A stretch of 64,000 bases of DNA from a virus. Its lineage: Duplodnaviria; Caudoviricetes. Positions within the stretch are counted from its first letter, which is position 1, and each line of letters opens with the position of its first letter. The notes under the pieces were generated by a model that was not told where the DNA came from, searched no databases, and saw only the letters and a list, made by a program, of their open reading frames with translations. The stretch covers positions 17,993 through 81,992 of IMG/VR virus record IMGVR_UViG_3300038426_000029. The stretch is one strand, 5' to 3'. Both the position numbers and the translations under genes were made by a program. Shown here one piece after another: positions 47,834-57,916 of this stretch.

Positions 47834-48013
47834 TTACTTTTCTCTCCAATAAACTACGTATTTATGATCTTCAACCACAATACGTGCTAAATCTCCATAA
47901 TCATGCAAATGTTTTACGCTTTTCTCTGCAAGTTTCCTTGTAGGATATGCTTCATGGAACTTATAAGGCTTTCCATTAAAATCCTTATATGGAAATTTAG
48001 ACTCTAGTTTCAT
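47834..48013 (-). CDS. Small basic protein, family A (not in track)
   Basis: FNGKPYKFHEAYPTRKLAEKSVKHLHDYGDLARIV..YVVYWREK. Confidence 0.65.
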   Translation of the reverse strand: MKLESKFPYKDFNGKPYKFHEAYPTRKLAEKSVKHLHDYGDLARIVVEDHKYVVYWREK

Positions 48014-48014
48014 T

Positions 48015-48527
48015 TTACTTTTTTTCCCTTAAGTTTACTTTCCAAACCTTTACCTTCACAGTCTTTGTTTTAGCAAGACCAGCACCCATGAAACCATGTG
48101 GGAAATATTGGAAAGTCTGATTCTTCCATCCTGCTGGTTTCATTCTTGAGGCTTTTATATAGAAGGCGGGTCCACCTGAAGATTGAACAAACCCCCTGTC
48201 CCACCAAGGTGCAGGAGATGGGTTGAATGTTACCATGTACTCTGATTTACTTTTACCAATTGCTCCCTCTATAACGCCATATGAAGTTGATCTAACAAGC
48301 ATATCCTGAGAATTGATTGGCTTAACTACATCTCCGGGCATTGGTTTACTTCCACCAATACGCTTTGTCTTTTTAGAGTCTAAGTATAGTGGGTTTTTCT
48401 CCATTTTTTTATAGCTACCCATACGTATACCAAAGCTACCTCTGGTGTGTGGGCTTATCTTTTTCCCACTCTTTGTCTTATAACCGCTTACAATGTGTCT
48501 AAGTGGTGGACTTCTTTTTGTTACCAT
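48015..48527 (-). CDS. Basic protein with SPxxHxVxxY..G..H.RG N-terminal motif
   Basis: Motif shared with 37061-37366. Confidence 0.65.
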   Translation of the reverse strand: MVTKRSPPLRHIVSGYKTKSGKKISPHTRGSFGIRMGSYKKMEKNPLYLDSKKTKRIGGSKPMPGDVVKPINSQDMLVRSTSYGVIEGAIGKSKSEYMVTFNPSPAPWWDRGFVQSSGGPAFYIKASRMKPAGWKNQTFQYFPHGFMGAGLAKTKTVKVKVWKVNLREKK

Positions 48528-48545
48528 TTTTGTCTTTTCCTCACC

Positions 48546-48749
48546 CTACTTTTTTCTTCTGTTTTTGGAAATGTATGACTTTTTACCTTCTTGTGCAAGT
48601 AGTGTTTTCCAAATATAGTTAGCTTTCCGAGCCTGTGCTGGTTTCAAACGATGTCCAAACAGAATACCATACAAACCTTCACTTCCTAGATAGTATCTAT
48701 AATCAGCATCTATAGAAATACCTTTTCTACGAATATACTTTGTTACCAT
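48546..48749 (-). CDS. Small basic protein
   Basis: Operonic TAAAAATG spacing. Confidence 0.55.
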   Translation of the reverse strand: MVTKYIRRKGISIDADYRYYLGSEGLYGILFGHRLKPAQARKANYIWKTLLAQEGKKSYISKNRRKK

Positions 48750-48751
48750 TT

Positions 48752-49126
48752 TTAGTCTTTTCCTCTCTTCCTTCTCCAAACACCATATCCGTGTGGATGT
48801 TTTATCAGCTTGTAGTTACCCCTTCCATAAATGTCCTTACCCATCTTGACAGCTTGCGTTTTTAGGGGTGCTGAACCAGCCATCTCAAATCGTGTACCCT
48901 TGAGGATACGATCTGTAGTTGAGTGATGAATGTAGATAGCATATACTGTTTCTCTAGCATATGGAATCTTCTTAATGTAAATCATAGACTCTTTGAAAAG
49001 TTTGCGATCTTTACCTATTCTCTTTGCATCTGACATGGACTTTGCGTTCCATTCATGCCTGTAAATTAACCCGTTATGGGTTACTTCTTTGGGAATCTTC
49101 CCACCAGTTTGATATATAAATACCAT
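48752..49126 (-). CDS. Basic protein with two family A units
   Basis: HNGLIY...AK..G..VY.IY and A.K.QA..MG...YGVWRRK. Confidence 0.6.
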   Translation of the reverse strand: MVFIYQTGGKIPKEVTHNGLIYRHEWNAKSMSDAKRIGKDRKLFKESMIYIKKIPYARETVYAIYIHHSTTDRILKGTRFEMAGSAPLKTQAVKMGKDIYGRGNYKLIKHPHGYGVWRRKRGKD

Positions 49127-49127
49127 T

Positions 49128-49214
49128 TTACTTAGACATCCTCTGCTTTTTTCTTCTTCTAGCTTTCTTTGCCCTACTTTTGTCACCCTTCCGTGACATT
49201 CCTCTATTTTTCAT
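49128..49214 (-). CDS. 28-aa protamine-like peptide (not in track)
   Basis: MKNRGMSRKGDKSRAKKARRRKKQRMSK exactly fills the operon gap. Confidence 0.45.
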   Translation of the reverse strand: MKNRGMSRKGDKSRAKKARRRKKQRMSK

Positions 49215-49216
49215 TA

Positions 49217-49381
49217 TTACTTCTTTCTCCTTGTTTTTTTAACCTTCTTTTTTACTGATTTTATTTTGGGAATTGGTATGGGTTTGTTTTTTATGGTAGT
49301 TACCTGTAAAACAGGTGATTGTTTTGGCACAAACAACTTATTTAAAGTTGTTGGTTGTGTTGCTAACATACCTTTTGGCAT
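49217..49381 (-). CDS. 54-aa basic peptide (not in track)
   Basis: P/T-rich then KKKVKKTRRKK. Confidence 0.5.
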   Translation of the reverse strand: MPKGMLATQPTTLNKLFVPKQSPVLQVTTIKNKPIPIPKIKSVKKKVKKTRRKK

Positions 49382-49383
49382 TT

Positions 49384-49575
49384 TTACTTTTTCCTCCTAT
49401 ATACATCAAATACAGACTTACCATCATCAGTCTTGCGTTCAGCAACGATAGCTTGATATTTTCCAGATTCCATAATTTCTATTACCCTAAGTGCTGAGTT
49501 TTGTTTTTTTCTGAAAGTGGAATCATATCTGTAGAATTTACGTCTATATGTGGCTGTTAATGGATGATCTTGCAT
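49384..49575 (-). CDS. Small basic protein, family A
   Basis: YRRKFY...F.KK..A......G.YQAIV...VFDVYRRKK; GAGGGTGA SD. Confidence 0.6.
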   Translation of the reverse strand: MQDHPLTATYRRKFYRYDSTFRKKQNSALRVIEIMESGKYQAIVAERKTDDGKSVFDVYRRKK

Positions 49576-49681
49576 TTACTTTTTCACCCTCACGTAAATT
49601 ACATAACGCTTTCCCAATTTAATCAATATAGTATTGTGTTCAGTAGTATTTAAATGTTATGATATAAAAACCACGATGAGG

Positions 49682-49798
49682 TTAATGAAAAATAAGTAAG
49701 TAAGCTACAACCAGAGCTACAATAGTAAAAATAACAACCATTACACTTACAGCAATCACGATGCCTTCAATAGCACTTTTGATAATATCATCAGACAT
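49682..49798 (-). CDS. 38-aa very hydrophobic peptide (not in track)
   Basis: MSDDIIKSAIEGIVIAVSVMVVIFTIVALVVAYLLIFH; promoter ACCACAAACTTTATA at ~49830-49844. Confidence 0.5.
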   Translation of the reverse strand: MSDDIIKSAIEGIVIAVSVMVVIFTIVALVVAYLLIFH

Positions 49799-49865
49799 GT
49801 TGATCATATATAAAATATATGCAGTTACCTATAAAGTTTGTGGTAATTAATATAAAAAATGGATT

Positions 49866-50186
49866 TTAATCTAAAACTAGACCTAACAGAACACAGGAAC
49901 CACAATGTTTCTTGGTATCGTGAGATACCTTACTCCATTTCCAGACAGTGATTTTTCTGTAATGGCTGGATGGAATTTCTGATCTAACCATCTTACCAGT
50001 CGGTACGATGTGACCATACATACTCAGGTATCTAAAGAAACCACCAATACTAAAGGTTTCATTGTCAAGATACTGTTCAAGTCCAAGTTCCCTAAAATCA
50101 TCGGATGTGATTGTAGGTTGATCCTTTGTCTTTGTGTAAAAAACCTTACCCAACAAACTATAGTTGTTTTGAATAATCTTATTCAT
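49866..50186 (-). CDS. Hypothetical protein, possible winged-helix DNA binder
   Basis: Own promoter; SH.RKI.VWKW tail. Confidence 0.6.
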   Translation of the reverse strand: MNKIIQNNYSLLGKVFYTKTKDQPTITSDDFRELGLEQYLDNETFSIGGFFRYLSMYGHIVPTGKMVRSEIPSSHYRKITVWKWSKVSHDTKKHCGSCVLLGLVLD

Positions 50187-50215
50187 TGTTTATCAAACCA
50201 TAATATTTAACAACA

Positions 50216-50233
50216 TATATAAACATTTCGGTT
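50216..50233 (-). promoter_or_regulatory. BRE-TATA promoter
   Basis: AACCGAAATGTTTATATA. Confidence 0.7.
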
Positions 50234-50270
50234 TAGAAAAAAAAAACAAAAACTGGAAAGATTACGGCAG

Positions 50271-50423
50271 TTATTTCTTCTTTGCTCTCCTTGTTTTCCA
50301 AGCCTTTTTAGCTGTGTTGCTTCTTGCATTGTGTCGAATTGTTTCCCAAGCCTTCTTAGCCGCATTGCTTCTTGCGATATGCTTATCTGGAAGGATTACT
50401 TTTGGTTTTCCCATATTGACCAT
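50271..50423 (-). CDS. 50-aa basic peptide with duplicated ARSNxAKKAWxT motif (not in track)
   Basis: Own promoter and oligo-T tract downstream. Confidence 0.6.
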   Translation of the reverse strand: MVNMGKPKVILPDKHIARSNAAKKAWETIRHNARSNTAKKAWKTRRAKKK

Positions 50424-50442
50424 ATGCGAATGTACATGTGAG

Positions 50443-50460
50443 TATATAAGTGTTTCGGTT
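50443..50460 (-). promoter_or_regulatory. BRE-TATA promoter
   Basis: AACCGAAACACTTATATA. Confidence 0.7.
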
Positions 50461-50527
50461 GCCCATCTAATGCCAAGATTGAGAAAGACAAAGGTTTAAA
50501 TACTAAACTTATATTTAACTATCGTTT

Positions 50528-51262
50528 ATGTTAAACCAGATTATTAATGGTGATTGTTTTGAAATAATGTGTTCAATACCAGCTAATAGCATAGATTTAA
50601 TTATATTTGATCCACCTTATAATATTGGTAGTGATTCAAAACTCACTATGATTGGCAACAATCCAATGTCTACAAATGTTGCTTGGGGAGATGATGGGTT
50701 TGTCGATACTTTTAACAAAGAAGATTATAATGATATAATGGAAAAATCGGCTGTAGAATTTTCACGTATTCTGAAACAAGATGGTTCTGTTATTGTTTTT
50801 TATAATAGAGGATACGATGAGTGGCTTTCACCACTAAAACTGGCGTTTAAATATAGAAATCTTTTTGCATTTATAAAAAGAAATCCTGTACCGCACATAC
50901 GTAAAAATAATTACAGAAGTGGTTTCGAGTTAGCAATGTGGCTAAGTAGGGAGAAATACAAACTGAATTTCTTTAGCCAAGATGAAATGATAAATGTTTT
51001 TTATGGAAATATTGGTGAAAAAGAGACAGAACATCCAACAGAAAAATATAGGTGGATGATTCAACCACTTATAGAAAGACATAGTAAAGTTGGAGATTTA
51101 ATTTTAGACCCTATGTGTGGTTCAGGAACGACTTGTGTAATTGCCAAAGAGTTGGGTAGGAATTTTATAGGAATTGAATTAGATAAGAATTATTATGAGA
51201 TGGCGTTAAAAAGGGTAAATTTAACCATTGCAGATGATACAGCCTCTTTTTTTAATGACTAA
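50528..51262 (+). CDS. DNA N4-C/N6-A methyltransferase (beta class)
   Basis: IFDPPY, HPTEK, ILDPMCGSGTT, GIELD. Confidence 0.92.
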   Translation: MLNQIINGDCFEIMCSIPANSIDLIIFDPPYNIGSDSKLTMIGNNPMSTNVAWGDDGFVDTFNKEDYNDIMEKSAVEFSRILKQDGSVIVFYNRGYDEWLSPLKLAFKYRNLFAFIKRNPVPHIRKNNYRSGFELAMWLSREKYKLNFFSQDEMINVFYGNIGEKETEHPTEKYRWMIQPLIERHSKVGDLILDPMCGSGTTCVIAKELGRNFIGIELDKNYYEMALKRVNLTIADDTASFFND

Positions 51263-52322
51263 ATATAGAAAACCTTTTATACTACATAATACCACCTATG
51301 TCTGGATCGATATGAATAAAGAAAATGTAATCAGAGAAATACCAAAGAAAGATGTGTATGTATTACCATCTGAGATAAATATTACTTATTTTAAAAATCT
51401 CAGATCAAAACCCGAAATTGAAACACTAAAACAAAGTGTTTTGAGGTGTGGTATAGAAAGACCCATCATTGTTGTAAAAGATAAATTTGGTAATTTTTAC
51501 GCATTAGATGGTGTAACAAAAACACTTATAGCAAGGGAAGTTGAAAAAGGTTTACACCTCAAACCAGATGGCACACCATATACCTTGGAAGATATTAATT
51601 GGAGAATATTAGTTGACAAAAAGCCGTTTGAGGAATATGATGAAATATCTATTGGGAAGGCAAAATTAAGATATAATTTAAGCACACCAAATAAACTAGA
51701 TGATCCCGGTAACTTTGTTTATAGTACAATTGCACCAAAAATTGCTATTGATACATTTGGTAAACCACTCGATGATCTATCCAGAAAGGAACGACATTTT
51801 GTAATAAATGCGGCTAAACAAGACCTGTTAGCAGATGGTACTTTTAGTGAAAATTACATAAATAAATCAGTAAAATTAGCCGTTCAAAAAGGGCTAAGAA
51901 ATGTTGATGAAGAAATGGAAGAGATCATTAGTGAGGGTAAAATAAAAGACTCAAATATTCTCTCTCAACTTCAAAAAGTACCAAAGTCACCGCAAAAGAA
52001 AGAAATAGTAAATATTATAAGAAATATGGTATACCGTGATGGTAAAAAAGAAGATGTTAAACAAACACAGGACATACGTAACACATTGGAATTTTTGAGA
52101 CAAAATTATGCAAGAAAAAAGTTTCCATTAGAAGATTATGCAAACGAGTTTAGAAAAAGACTACCTATACAACATACACTCAAAAATAAGTTAATTACAA
52201 ACATACCCAAAGAATTGTTAGACAATATATTTAAACGTGCAAAGGAAACAAAGCGAACACGTAGCGAAGTTATAATTGAAGCACTCGACTACTACTTTAA
52301 TAAATATATACCAACCAACTAA
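51255..52322 (+). CDS. ParB/Srx-like N-terminal domain + C-terminal ribbon-helix-helix
   Basis: LKQSV...GIERPIIV...LDGVTK; IPKELL..I..RA...RTRSEVIIEAL. Confidence 0.65.
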   Translation: MTKYRKPFILHNTTYVWIDMNKENVIREIPKKDVYVLPSEINITYFKNLRSKPEIETLKQSVLRCGIERPIIVVKDKFGNFYALDGVTKTLIAREVEKGLHLKPDGTPYTLEDINWRILVDKKPFEEYDEISIGKAKLRYNLSTPNKLDDPGNFVYSTIAPKIAIDTFGKPLDDLSRKERHFVINAAKQDLLADGTFSENYINKSVKLAVQKGLRNVDEEMEEIISEGKIKDSNILSQLQKVPKSPQKKEIVNIIRNMVYRDGKKEDVKQTQDIRNTLEFLRQNYARKKFPLEDYANEFRKRLPIQHTLKNKLITNIPKELLDNIFKRAKETKRTRSEVIIEALDYYFNKYIPTN

Positions 52323-52346
52323 AAATTTCAAAATATTTAATATTTA

Positions 52347-53174
52347 TTATATTATATCTATCATAATTCGCTCTCTATTAGGTATGTATTTATTCAGAAT
52401 TTTTAATTTAGTGATTACAATTATATAGTCACCATGATTTGTTTTTAAAGCATAAGCATTATAACCAATATCTCTAAAATGATAAATAATAATTTCCACC
52501 AGATCATATAAAGCACCTTTACCTGTTGGATATGGATGACCATATATTGAAACATTATTTTTATTACCATACATACTTGTTGGCAATCCACAGAGACTTG
52601 AAAGAAACCAGATTGTACTATTACTATGTTTCACAACCTCTTCCATAAAGGGTGAATGTGCTTTTTCTATTCCACAAGCATCCCAAACAGAACAATCAGC
52701 ATATTTTCCCAAATTATCAAAAGATATTTCACCTATAAATCGTGACTTAGTAATATCTGGGTTTACCCAAAACGTAAGTTTTTTTTGACTTTTCATTTCA
52801 CTTACATCATTACCACAAGCAAAAACAAAAAACCCAAAACTTAGAGCCAAACCAGCCGTTGACAATAAAGTATCAGAACGTTTGCAACATAAATCTCTAA
52901 ATGTTCCGTATGATTTAAGACCAGAATCAACTAGGATATGTAATATATATTTGAGTATATTATATTTATCTATATTCTCTTCTCCGCTATATGGTTTTAT
53001 TTTTGGCAATCCTTTCATACTTATAAACGGTACTAGGTCTGTGCTAATTGGTTTACCACCGCATTTGTCCAGTAATCTAATGTTTAGCTTTTCTTTATCT
53101 AAAGTATGTCGTGATGGCATATTTTCATATGGCTTGTATTTATACGGTTCTTCCCACGTTATCAAAGATGGCAA
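52347..53174 (-). CDS. Hypothetical protein
   Basis: Own promoter GATCGAAAAACTTTTATA at ~53209-53226. Confidence 0.65.
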   Translation of the reverse strand: MPSLITWEEPYKYKPYENMPSRHTLDKEKLNIRLLDKCGGKPISTDLVPFISMKGLPKIKPYSGEENIDKYNILKYILHILVDSGLKSYGTFRDLCCKRSDTLLSTAGLALSFGFFVFACGNDVSEMKSQKKLTFWVNPDITKSRFIGEISFDNLGKYADCSVWDACGIEKAHSPFMEEVVKHSNSTIWFLSSLCGLPTSMYGNKNNVSIYGHPYPTGKGALYDLVEIIIYHFRDIGYNAYALKTNHGDYIIVITKLKILNKYIPNRERIMIDII

Positions 53175-53227
53175 CTTCTATATCACCTTGAACATATATA
53201 ATATGTAGTATAAAAGTTTTTCGATCA

Positions 53228-54595
53228 CTACTGATCTCCCACCTGCTGAGACAGAGATTTTTCGTAACTTTCTCTACTTAATATTGGGTATGATTTTACC
53301 ACACGGTCTAACTCAGCCTTGAACCTATAGTTTATGTTATTTTCAATGAGATATGTTATGAGTGTTGGTACATACACTCTGTAAGATTCGAGTTGGAATC
53401 CCATATAGTTTGCGACACCAACTATCCAACGGTCAACAAAAGGATGTAGTTGTTTTATGATTTCAAGTGGGTCTGTATGTCCTATGATCCAAGGCTCAAT
53501 TGAAACGAGTGTCTTTATTCCCATTTCCTTGGCTTTTTTCAACACCCTAACCTTCTCCGATGGTAAACTAGAATTTGGTTCATATTTCTTATATGTTATA
53601 TCATCCAGAGAGGTTATAGTGAAGCCAACTTCAACATTTTTATACTGAGATATGAGATCAAAATCATCTTCAACATCAGACGATTTTGTGAGAATTAATA
53701 TGTGGTGTTTAGATTTGAGCATAACTTGTAAGACTTCTCTAGCCCATTTCAACGTCTTGTTTAAAGGTTGATATGCATCACATGTGGAACAAAAGAAGAA
53801 AACTCCGGGTGGAATACCCTCTAGAGCCTTTTCCAAAGCAACCAAATCTAGATTTCGCTTTTTAGGTTCATTCCACACTTCTACCCACTTGAAACGATCA
53901 TTCATTAGTTTTGCATAACAGTATGTGCAATTGTGGAAACAGCCCTCATAGATATTGATGCCATAATCACACCACTCAACACCACTATCAAAGTTGAATT
54001 TTTTTATAAGGTTGTCTTTCTTATCTTTCTCTCCTTTCTCCTTTGTTTTCTTCACTTTTTTATAAGCACCAGAAATTGATGTTTCACCACTATACATATC
54101 TTTTTTAACTTCGTCTGTAGCATTTTCAATAACATACAATGCTCTCTGTGCTGTGGCTGGACTCATACCAACTTTTTCTGCTAAAAGTTCTCTTGTATTT
54201 CCAATTGGTGTATCACTTGATACACCTCTTATATCTACATGTTCTTGGCGTGTCTTTCGTAACCATTCAATATAATTTGATTCGACTTTTAATTTTTGTG
54301 CTGGCGTGAGTTGCCGTCTTAGAAGATTATCGTTCTTAGCATATTCCATTATTTCCTCAAAATCCTTGAATTCCTCCAAAATATAAGGAAATTCCTTTCC
54401 TAGCTTTGTGGCAAGTGTATGACGTTTATCACCACATACAATCGTACCCTTATACTCTTCAGGTGAATTAGCAACAACACCTTTAACCAAAATGCCACGT
54501 TTCTGAATATCTTTTTCTAACTCATCATATATTTCTCTTTCATCTAAACCAGCAAACAAACTACGAATTGTTTGATTAACCTTTAGTTCAATCAT
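53228..54595 (-). CDS. ParB-like domain fused to SPL-family radical SAM domain
   Basis: LEKDI..G..IVCGDKR..NLLRRQLT; GCFHNCTYCYA, DAYQP, ILTKS, VSIEP. Confidence 0.8.
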   Translation of the reverse strand: MIELKVNQTIRSLFAGLDEREIYDELEKDIQKRGILVKGVVANSPEEYKGTIVCGDKRHTLATKLGKEFPYILEEFKDFEEIMEYAKNDNLLRRQLTPAQKLKVESNYIEWLRKTRQEHVDIRGVSSDTPIGNTRELLAEKVGMSPATAQRALYVIENATDEVKKDMYSGETSISGAYKKVKKTKEKGEKDKKDNLIKKFNFDSGVEWCDYGINIYEGCFHNCTYCYAKLMNDRFKWVEVWNEPKKRNLDLVALEKALEGIPPGVFFFCSTCDAYQPLNKTLKWAREVLQVMLKSKHHILILTKSSDVEDDFDLISQYKNVEVGFTITSLDDITYKKYEPNSSLPSEKVRVLKKAKEMGIKTLVSIEPWIIGHTDPLEIIKQLHPFVDRWIVGVANYMGFQLESYRVYVPTLITYLIENNINYRFKAELDRVVKSYPILSRESYEKSLSQQVGDQ

Positions 54596-54618
54596 TGAAA
54601 CATATAAGCATCATAGTT

Positions 54619-54637
54619 ATTTATAAGCATTTCGGTT
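54619..54637 (-). promoter_or_regulatory. BRE-TATA promoter
   Basis: AACCGAAATGCTTATAAAT. Confidence 0.7.
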
Positions 54638-54654
54638 GTTTGCCTAATATTTTA

Positions 54655-54867
54655 TTAAAAAAGCTCATCAAAAAAGATGAGTATTACACTATCTAAGCCT
54701 AGAGAAAGTCCAAGAGTAATAAGGAAGCCACCAACACCACGTTCATAGGTATTGGCAAAAACCATAGCGTTGGTATAAGTGCCAATACCCGGCATTTCAT
54801 ACCACATACCAAAGAGGAAGATATCTATCCCCAACATCATAAGGATTGGAATTATTTTTCGATCCAT
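54655..54867 (-). CDS. Small 2-TM protein
   Basis: Hydrophobic. Confidence 0.55.
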   Translation of the reverse strand: MDRKIIPILMMLGIDIFLFGMWYEMPGIGTYTNAMVFANTYERGVGGFLITLGLSLGLDSVILIFFDELF

Positions 54868-54965
54868 TTTGCATCACACACTACAACGGCTGTGGTGTAT
54901 ATAAGAGTTTCGGTTTCATAACCACAACCTTTTTAAGCAAGGTTGATAATGCAATATACGATATA

Positions 54966-55271
54966 ATGACAACTAGAAAAACAGTATCTTTGATGTGGGA
55001 AACAGATTCCTATGATGACCAACCAAAAAGAAAAATTTGGCGTAGAGTTGCATATTCACATGCTATATCCTATGAAGATGCTCTATATAAATTACTTCCA
55101 AAATTATCCCAACATTGGGGATTACCACTTGAGGATAGATATTTTCTAGTTTGGGGATTATCACCAAACTATGAAAACATTACTGATGTTTCTAAGGCTG
55201 TTGTCAATAGATTAAAGAAAAATGCCGAAAGATCAGCTAAAAGGATGATGAAAGTACTTGAAAAGAGTTAG
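54966..55271 (+). CDS. Hypothetical protein (probable start 54966)
   Basis: In-frame ATG downstream of a TTTTTAA box. Confidence 0.5.
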   Translation: MTTRKTVSLMWETDSYDDQPKRKIWRRVAYSHAISYEDALYKLLPKLSQHWGLPLEDRYFLVWGLSPNYENITDVSKAVVNRLKKNAERSAKRMMKVLEKS

Positions 55272-55455
55272 AATTTATAAGGGAAAGAAGTACACCTGTG
55301 ACCCGTATTATTCCAAGTCCGTGAGGTTGTGGATTTGTACACTCCGTGATGCTGAGACAGACGATGAGGTTGCAAAGGAATCTGGTTACGGAATGACCAT
55401 GCACGAAGCTATTGATGATGCTTTCTACAAATTAAGAAATATGCCTTTGGGTTAA
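55258..55455 (+). CDS. Hypothetical protein
   Basis: Overlaps upstream stop. Confidence 0.5.
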   Translation: MKRVRIYKGKKYTCDPYYSKSVRLWICTLRDAETDDEVAKESGYGMTMHEAIDDAFYKLRNMPLG

Positions 55456-55475
55456 TTTTTTTATAAACATTTATA

Positions 55476-55778
55476 TTAGGGCAACCACCAAGCACCCTTA
55501 TTATGATAGAGTTTATCATAGCTCTTTGAAACCTCCCAATTCTCTAAGTCTGCAATAACAGAATGTAATGATTCGTGCCCTATGACATCTACTAAACGAT
55601 CAAAGAAATTAACATCAAATAGTCTGTCACCATTTGCTTTTACAAAATTTACTGGCTTATCCACATCTACACCAGAAAGAGATAACCAAATTGACTTGTA
55701 ACCATCCTCTTTCCTTAGACATACAAAACCAAAATCTTCTGGTTTACGTTTATAGATTGTGAAATTATCACATACCAT
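55476..55778 (-). CDS. Small HExxH protein
   Basis: DVIGHESLHSVI. Confidence 0.55.
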   Translation of the reverse strand: MVCDNFTIYKRKPEDFGFVCLRKEDGYKSIWLSLSGVDVDKPVNFVKANGDRLFDVNFFDRLVDVIGHESLHSVIADLENWEVSKSYDKLYHNKGAWWLP

Positions 55779-55799
55779 TTTTAGACACCACGAATTAAT

Positions 55800-55928
55800 T
55801 TATGTTTTTTGATACTCATCAACAACCAAATAAGCCAAACTCTCTGATTCAGGACATCTCTCGCAATATCGGAGATGTTTATTCACAATTTTCCACTTAT
55901 GACCAAGTATTAAACATACTATATTCAT
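55800..55928 (-). CDS. 42-aa DUF1660-like Cys/His peptide (not in track)
   Basis: CLILGHKW....YCERC. Confidence 0.55.
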   Translation of the reverse strand: MNIVCLILGHKWKIVNKHLRYCERCPESESLAYLVVDEYQKT

Positions 55929-56092
55929 TCCCACACACTCTTCCCAGTTATATCATCTAATGTAGGATATATTACAGTGATATAAAAACCTTCCGATATT
56001 AGTAGTTATCTTATATAAATATAATATAATTCTGGGGTTTCTACTCCATCTACGCTTCCACTTTCTACTCCTATTGTATGATATAACCTATA

Positions 56093-56114
56093 AACCGAAA
56101 CACTTTTATATAAG
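56093..56114 (+). promoter_or_regulatory. BRE-TATA promoter of collagen gene 1
   Basis: AACCGAAACACTTTTATATAAG. Confidence 0.7.
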
Positions 56115-56142
56115 TTCGGTATTTTCATATACGGTAGAAAAC

Positions 56143-56952
<810 letters not shown>

Positions 56953-57003
56953 ACCATCTATCTTCCCTTTTTTATTTTTATTATCATATAAATATTTCTA
57001 ACC

Positions 57004-57021
57004 AACCACAAAGTTTATAAA
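57004..57021 (+). promoter_or_regulatory. BRE-TATA promoter of collagen gene 2
   Basis: AACCACAAAGTTTATAAA. Confidence 0.65.
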
Positions 57022-57053
57022 TGAGAACGGTTTTCATATATAACTGATAGAAG

Positions 57054-57911
57054 ATGTTTAACAAACTAAGTTTAGGAATGTTTATTATACTTATACTAGG
57101 CGTAATGTCTCTGGGTTTAGCTTCAGCTACACCATCACCTACGATCATGTTGAATCCATCTACAGGTGTGACAACAACAATTATGGGTTCTGGATTCCAA
57201 GCCAACCAGACTATCAAAATATATTGGAACACAACACAGATGGTTACAATTCCATATAACATCACCTCTGACTCTCTGGGTGGTTTTGTATGCATGGTCA
57301 CTGCTCTAGATCAAATGGGTGGGAACTTTACAATTACTGCTGTAGATACTGCCCTCACTTCTGATACAACTTCAGCAAACTTCACCGTGCCTATTCTAAA
57401 AGGTGTTACAGGTTCTAACGGTACAAATGGATCAACATGGTATAGTAGTGCTACAATACCAAATGTAAATTCAACAGGTGTAAATGGTGATTTCTGCCTC
57501 TATACAGGAAATTCAACTGTTTATGAGAAAATATCTGGTTCATGGGTTTTCACAGCAAACATTAGAGGATTAATAGGTAGAACTGGTGCTACAGGTGCTA
57601 GAGGTGCAACAGGAGCCACCGGAGCCAAAGGTGCTACTGGTACAACTGGACCTGTTGGACCAATAGGTGTTACAGGAACTACAGGAACAATAGGTAAAAC
57701 TGGTCCTATTGGTGAAACGGGTGCTACGGGTTTACAAGGACCAAAAGGTGACACAGGCACAACAGGTTCAATAGGAGCAAAGGGTGACACAGGTGCTACA
57801 GGGGCTACGGGTGAAAATGCAGACTTAACCTTAGTATATGCCTCTCTAGTATTGGGTGCTGGGGCTATAATCGGTGTACTCTACCTAAACCACAGAGAAA
57901 ATGGATATTAA
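57054..57911 (+). CDS. Ig-like domain + collagen-like (28 Gly-X-Y) membrane-anchored protein
   Basis: Signal peptide, GSGF..N..I.IYW beta domain, 8 N-x-S/T sequons, C-terminal TM. Confidence 0.88.
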   Translation: MFNKLSLGMFIILILGVMSLGLASATPSPTIMLNPSTGVTTTIMGSGFQANQTIKIYWNTTQMVTIPYNITSDSLGGFVCMVTALDQMGGNFTITAVDTALTSDTTSANFTVPILKGVTGSNGTNGSTWYSSATIPNVNSTGVNGDFCLYTGNSTVYEKISGSWVFTANIRGLIGRTGATGARGATGATGAKGATGTTGPVGPIGVTGTTGTIGKTGPIGETGATGLQGPKGDTGTTGSIGAKGDTGATGATGENADLTLVYASLVLGAGAIIGVLYLNHRENGY

Positions 57912-57916
57912 AAAAT

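Noticed and set aside
49128-49214. 28-aa R/K peptide as ribosomal eL41
   Set aside because: Only compositional similarity; conserved Trp motif absent
49682-49798. Hydrophobic peptide as spindle-virus major capsid protein
   Set aside because: Single helix, too short for the two-helix hairpin, and outside the structural block; unsupported
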